15,533 nucleotides of DNA, taken from positions 1 through 15,533 of the forward strand of contig NW_003314527.1 in assembly GCF_000143415.4 (NCBI RefSeq). Direction: 5' to 3'. Each line of letters begins with the position of its first letter. Position 1 is the first letter of the stretch. The stretch is from Selaginella moellendorffii (taxonomy: Eukaryota > Plantae > Lycopodiophyta). Below the pieces are notes generated by a model. It saw only the letters and a program-made list of their open reading frames with translations. It was not told where the DNA came from and did not search any database. Shown here one piece after another: positions 10,164 through 15,533 of the stretch. A program made the translations under genes and the position numbers.

Positions 10164-11771
10164 TTTATACCGAGTTTTAAAGGTTGTCTTTTCCACATCC
10201 TAATCTGCCATCCGTATTTAATAATACCCGGACTGCAAATCAAGCCGTTTAAAATACTTAGTCTTTAAGAGTTGGTCAAACAAGCTATCAATGTGAGGCA
10301 AAGGATAATTGTTTCTAATTGTGATCTTGTTAAAAGCTCAATAATCAATACACATCCTCATGGTATTATCCTTTTTCATAAAAAAAGGACCAATGCTCCA
10401 TAAAGTGACTTGTTTAGTCAAATATGACTTTTGTCAAGAAGTTCCGTGAGTTGCTTCTTGAGTTTAGCCATCTTTTTGATGTTCAAATGATATAGAGACT
10501 TCTTAGGTGGTTTAGAACTCGAAATAATTTCAATCCAATGATCAACCTCACGACTAGAAGGTAACTTTGGCAACAAATCCTTCAAAAAGATATCCTAATT
10601 CAATGCTAACAACTCTAATATTTCCTTTGGTATAGGATCAACCCTATCACTAATTCGAACCGAGTCACTATCACCATCAACTTCTATCACTTGAACCCAA
10701 AAGGTCTAACATCCCTTCTTAGTTGTTTTTTGAGTGGCTTTTGTAGTCAAGAACTTAGCATCCTAATCCTTTGAGGAGTGCTTTTACAATTGAAAGGACA
10801 CATCAAAACTTTCTTTTGACCTCAACGTGATATGACTTTGTCCAACACCATAAATCCCTTTGATATATTTGTCGAAAAAATCTATACTAAACACCATATA
10901 AAAATCTGGTATCTTTAACACTACCAAGTCTAATCTCTCTTTCCACTTGGATATCTTTATTAGAATATCACTCACAAACCTTTTACCTACTTGCTCACCT
11001 TTCACAAACCAGAAGTGTATAGGCAACATCTACTCAGCTTTCAATCCTAACAACTTTATTAAGTTTTTGGATATCACATTGTGCATAGCTCTTGTGTCAA
11101 TCATCACTTAGATTCAGTGTTTGCAGACAAAGCCTACCAAATACATTAATAGGTCAATGCTTGCATTGACTGTGAGAAAAACTTGAGGAAAGTAATGAAA
11201 GTAACTCAACTCCTCTTATTCATAATCTACATTGGCCAACTCATCAATCCTTTTAGCTTCACCACCATTGTCTTCCCTCATAACATTAACACAAGACTTT
11301 ATTTTATGATTGTTGGGACATTCCAATAACCTATGTTCTGTCTCTCCACAATAGAAATAATGACCCACACTATCCATTCCACTAGGAGTAGGTTTCATAA
11401 GTTGTTGCTACTTGTACCCATTAGAAAAAGGAACAGAGGGTTTAAGACTAGAAAAAGTTACTAGTGGTCACCAACCACCACCTTTGTTAACTATTGCTTG
11501 TGAGCCTCTAGGGTAGAATTTTCTTTCCACCCTCTATTTCTCACCTTATTTATTCCTGGATATTTTTATTTATTTTTGTCCGAGATACCAGCATATGGCT
11601 GCTGATACTATTCCATGAGCAAGTGACTGAAGGCAATTTATTGTGCTACCTCTTTACACTTTTGGTACGTCTTCAGATTAAACTTCAAAATCCCATTGCG
11701 AAAAAGTGAACTCAAACTTTTTAGGAAATAACTTTGAGCATCTTCGTCACTCATATTTGCAATCATAATGT

Positions 11772-12777
11772 TGTGAGACATAAAATCCTTAGGCCCCAAA
11801 GAGGAGTTGAAAGGGTGTAATGTGGTAGTGGCTGAGGCGGAAACCAAATGAGTGTAACACATATGGACTAAAAGCTCTGACTCGAAAAGTCGAGAGCGGG
11901 AGTGGAACTCCCAATGAAGGGCTCGAAGAACAAGCACGAAGTGAGCAATAAATGAGTCTCTAAGAAAAAGACACAAAAGGACCAACACATGATATGTAGA
12001 AGGATCTGAGATGGACCCAAGATGGAGTCCGAGATGGACCTGAGATGGAGTCCAAGATGGACCCAAGATGGAGTCCGAGATGGACCCAAGATGGAGCCCG
12101 AGATGGAGTCCAAGATGGAGACTAAGATGGACCCGAGATGGAGTCCAAGATAGAGTCCGAGATAGAGTTTGAGATGGATCTGAGATGGAGTCCGAAATGG
12201 AGTCCAAGAAACCAAGACCGAGATTGAGTCCCATGGTCACATGGTGAGGAAGTCCCAAAGGACAGTGGGACTTACTGGTCAGGCTGGTGGGCCTTGATCA
12301 GTGGCAATGTTGGTGAACATGGCCATGGATAGAAAAGGACTTGGTGCGGATTGGAAAAGGGATATTAGGGAAAGATGTTCCCTATGTCTACAGGCATCCT
12401 AAGGATGCTAAAGAGTGGATCTGAGATGATCACTCATGGACGGATGGCCCAATCTTTGAGAGACAAGACTGTGATGCAAGTGGTGTTGGACCACCGGTGT
12501 CACCAAGGTGAATGGGCATGGCCTTAGCATAACGGGCTGATATGTCGGTGGTATGTTGGGGTGTCGGTCATGGGATTGGACACGTGGAGCACTTGGACCA
12601 AATGCAAAAGTTGAGAAACTAAAAACTATGCACAAAAATAACTTTTGTCTGCCATTCTTGGGGCTAGGAAGCCCCAAGTCCGAAATAGGACTTATGGAGG
12701 TTGTGAGTGAAATTCCTCCAAGTGGTTGAAAGTGTGGTTAAGTGATTAAAGTAGAATAGAAAATTTAGTCGCTTACA
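11772..12777. mobile_element. Solo LTR (1006 bp) nested in gag, copy B
   Basis: Same termini, site and mismatched TSD as copy A. Confidence 0.85.
12003..12208. repeat. Same minisatellite, 46 bp longer
   Basis: Offset between copies shifts from 9757 to 9803 across the array, equal to 2 x (11+12) bp. Confidence 0.92.
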
Positions 12778-13605
12778 AATGCATTTCTGAGCAAGCACAT
12801 TAACATAATGCATAAGGTCTCCATGCTACTTTAACTGCCACAGCTCTGCGCAAAGTCTCAAACCAAGATCATCTGACAAGTATTCTTTATAGATACGAGA
12901 CTGCATCTTAATTCAACTTCTAGTCTACCCTCTTTCAGCACATACTTGGCCACCAAGTTTTGGCATGATTAGTGAGAAAAGACTGTTCACATGCAATTTT
13001 CATACAATCATCTACGTCTGCCAATATGAAATAATTTTCCATATCATAGACCCAGTCTTCCAAAACTTAATAGTCCCGTATGCCTCTGAAATTGGGTGGT
13101 TTTAGAGGCTTGAACTTTGAAACTTGTGCAACTGGGGGCAATTGCAAAACTTCATCATCCTCAGAATTTGAAGAAGAGTCTGGTTGCTTAGGTTTAGTTG
13201 GTTTAGCTGCCTCAGCATCGTTCTTCCTTTTGTTGTTCTCCTTCTTCAATTTGTGAACTTTCTCTCACAAATTTTCAATCTCAATATCTTGAGTCATATG
13301 TTGCAGTGAGGCTCTTCCGCTTCAGACTCAACCTTAGCCTCTTCCACAACATCTCTAGTAGGAGTTTCCGCCTCTCAATTCCCTTGTCTAGAAGTTTCAA
13401 CGTCATCAGTACGGTTCCTTTTCACCATCTTGCTAATTGGATGCATGCCTCTATCAATAACTGAACATGCATATAACATTTTTACCGAATGGTGTAATCC
13501 AATTAATCCTACACATGTCACTTCAAATCTACTAAAAAAGTCTTTGCATATGCAACTTGAGTCAAAAATTCTAACAAAAGTTCGACAGGAATCGCTAAAA
13601 TAATT

Positions 13606-13617
13606 GCTTTGATACCA
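13606..13617 (-). promoter_or_regulatory. Primer-binding site (tRNA-iMet), copy B
   Basis: Identical to 3803-3814. Confidence 0.85.
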
Positions 13618-13619
13618 AA

Positions 13620-14480
13620 CGTAATGCACTTGAATTTGGAGCTAAACTCCAAGTCTGCTGCGTTATGAAATGAGGGTCCCATACACTCTTAATCTTACAA
13701 GCACCAACTCCTTGTATCTAACACTTACATGCAAAACGGTGTCAGATGGTGTCTGGCACGATTTTGACATACTAGTGGCCTAACGCGAGGAGAAGTGTAC
13801 CCCACCGACTAGAACAACATGGAACTTATTAGGATTTTGAAATCACAATCAAAACGGTATAAAGTTTGGATTAAATGAAACCAAGTCTAATAATGAGTCT
13901 TAGAACAACTTTAAGATTGAGTCCAAAACCAATCATCCCTTAGAGCTCTAACCTTCATTTTATCCTTGGCAATACAAAATGGGTAATGCAATTGTGTGAA
14001 TTTTATTGGAGATAGAAGCCCAAGCCCTTCTAATAGACATGATGTATACACTTGTGACCACTACATGAACCATTACCCAAAGGGCAACAGTGAGTCACAG
14101 GCTGAAAGCACAAGAGACTAAGTGGGTGACTCTAGGCACATTAAAGGTGGAGACAACAAAAAACATCCACTATGGAGACAATCATTTATGCAGCTTATTT
14201 AAATCCCTTGGGCTTCTTGGGGGTTGCCATAAGGCCATGTAAACAGAATATGAATGAATGCTACTTTCCAGTACTGACTAGCACATAAATTGTTAAGCAG
14301 AGTGACTGTACAGTCCTCTTGTCTTCTATATGGATTTGGGAAGACATGGACTACATTGGCAATCTTCTTCAAAATGGCATTTCTAAATCTTTTGATTTCA
14401 TGTTTCATGGTGGGCATATATAAATGAATGAATGATTCAACATCAAAATTTAAAAACAATTTCATTGTGTTACGTTGACA
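13620..14480 (-). repeat. Inferred 5' LTR of the gypsy element, copy B (~860 bp)
   Basis: Begins with canonical TG at 14480, where homology to copy A ends; lacks 82 bp present in copy A. Confidence 0.65.
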
Positions 14481-14500
14481 GCCAAAAGTGACCTGTTTTG

Positions 14501-15360
14501 CTACTTGTGAAACTCCAGGATTGCTAGTCCATTGGAGACGTTGACAAGATGCACTTTGTTGAAACCAGCTTGTTCGGCGAGCGCCTGATACTCTTCAAAG
14601 GTCCGCTCCTTGCCGTTGAAATTAACCATCATGACAAGATCTAGGAGCAGTCCGATTCGCAACTCAAACTCACTGGCAGCTTGATAAGCTTCAGAAGGTA
14701 GTAAAACTTCCACGACAATGACTTTCCCTCCCTGAGCAGGAAGGGATTTGTAGCAGTTTTGCAGGATCTTCAGGCACTGTTCGTCGTTCCAGTTGTGGAG
14801 AATCCACTAGAAAGGAATGAAACACCAGATTGGCAAGGAGAATTTGACTCTGGATCCTTTACCTTCAACATGATTGAATCTCCTTGGGGAATTGATCCGA
14901 ACATGTCGCCACCAGCATGCTCCACTCCTGGAAGAAGTAAACAAAGAGTGCTTGAATGATCGAGCATGAAAAATCTGTGAGAGGATACCTTCAGATGCAA
15001 TTCCCTGAGAAACAACATGGGGCTGATCGAAATTTATGCCTTTGATATGCGGATAGCGAGTTCGAATGTCACACAGCAATGCTCCATTGCCGCCACCAAC
15101 ATCGACCAGAGTTTTGATGCTTGCAAATCCCTTGTAGCAATCCAGCAGCACAGCACTGGACCTCTTGGAATGATCGGCCATGCAGAGGTTGAAGCTGTTG
15201 TTGAATTCCGGCTCCTCAGCCACAAGCTCGTATGCGGTTTTGCCGTGGGCTTTGCGGAATGGCTCGCCACCATCAAGAATGCCTTCGGCAAGATGCTCGA
15301 AAGGCTTGAGGAAGATCCGGGAATTGCACATGACACTCAAACCACGCGCTGCCAATTTCG
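14501..15360 (-). CDS. COMT-type (Methyltransf_2) SAM-dependent O-methyltransferase catalytic domain; exons ..14989, 14927-14863, 14806-14501
   Basis: LVDVGGGNG, GINFDQPHV, GVEHAGGDMF, K|WILHNW, GGKVIVVE, GKERT; GT-AG introns 14928-14988 and 14807-14862 at COMT-family positions; open to TAG at 14501-14503. N-terminal dimerisation domain not present in the window. Confidence 0.92.
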
Positions 15361-15370
15361 TTCCTGGAGA

Positions 15371-15533
15371 GCTGGCTTTCAGGACGTTGAGTGTGCCTTT
15401 CACTGAAGGCTCGATCAGCTCGGTCTGCGGATTAATGATTCGGAAATTCGCCTCTGGACAGGGGCATGCCGTGTGGATCACAACTTGGCAAACTAGGCTA
15501 TTGTCGAGCAAATCAGCTTTTACGTCTGGTTGG
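15371..15533 (-). CDS. Fragment of a CCR/DFR-like NAD(P)-dependent reductase (extended SDR), in frame with the OMT
   Basis: VKADLLDNSLVCQVVIHTACP...NPQTELIEPSVKGTLNVLKAS matches family motifs KADLL, GVFHTASP and ELIDPAVKGTLNVLK; frame open to the window edge. Confidence 0.85.

Larger units (their letters stand above)
10164..13428 (-). pseudogene. gag-pol remnant, copy B
   Basis: Same motifs as copy A; protease DTG has become DTR and an extra stop breaks the 661-933-equivalent ORF. Confidence 0.92.
9757..14480. repeat. Copy B of the ~4.7 kb direct duplication
   Basis: Near-identical sequence and duplicated ORFs, e.g. 1027-1272 vs 10784-11029, 1459-1641 vs 11216-11398, 3264-3446 vs 13067-13249. 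Confidence 0.97.
10164..14480 (-). mobile_element. 3'-truncated degenerate Ty3/gypsy LTR retrotransposon, copy B
   Basis: Same structure and same truncation point as copy A; minus-strand 5' end TGTCAACG at 14480. Confidence 0.92.

Noticed and set aside
3817-14480. Two LTR copies delimiting one full-length element carrying P450, PPR and DnaJ cargo
   Set aside because: No polypurine tract precedes the 4759 end on the minus strand, that LTR is followed by its own PBS and gag, and there is no TSD. A tandem arrangement is not excluded but is unsupported.
1-14480. Duplication as a simple allelic-haplotype assembly artefact
   Set aside because: The right flanks are entirely different genes joined without gaps, so the copies are not plain alleles; their distance and order across the gaps still need long-read confirmation.
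8037-14490. 10-bp repeat GCCAAAAGTG at 8037-8046 and 14481-14490 as a Mutator TSD
   Set aside because: No terminal inverted repeats inside, and similar GCCAAAAG words occur in repeat R; likely chance.
14789-14806. WILHNW instead of WILHDW as evidence of a dead or novel OMT
   Set aside because: The catalytic His is retained and HNW occurs in active plant OMTs such as isoflavone OMT.

Overview
Plant nuclear DNA. Six GT-AG introns of 51-70 nt and the style of the PPR and CYP sequences suggest a lycophyte such as Selaginella (inference). The window has two 100-N gaps and is a mosaic of a duplicated dead retroelement and host-gene fragments. (1) A ~4.7 kb unit occurs twice (1-4759 and 9757-14480, ~98-99% identical by eye). 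On the minus strand it reads LTR, tRNA-Met PBS, degenerate Ty3/gypsy gag-PR-RT cut off in mid-RT, then a non-coding repeat R; gag is interrupted by a nested solo LTR carrying a variable minisatellite. (2) The LTR terminus of copy A abuts a 5'-truncated but otherwise open CYP72-clan P450 with a non-canonical I-helix. The terminus of copy B lies 20 bp past the stop of a COMT-type O-methyltransferase whose N-terminus is replaced in frame by a CCR/DFR-like reductase fragment. (3) Between the copies are a decayed PPR gene, a third diverged copy of R, an unknown degenerate ORF with a ParB-like pattern, and an intron-containing plastid-type DnaJ fragment missed by the ORF track. No complete intact gene is visible. 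The best leads are the reductase-OMT chimera, the atypical P450 and a gene-capturing composite element.
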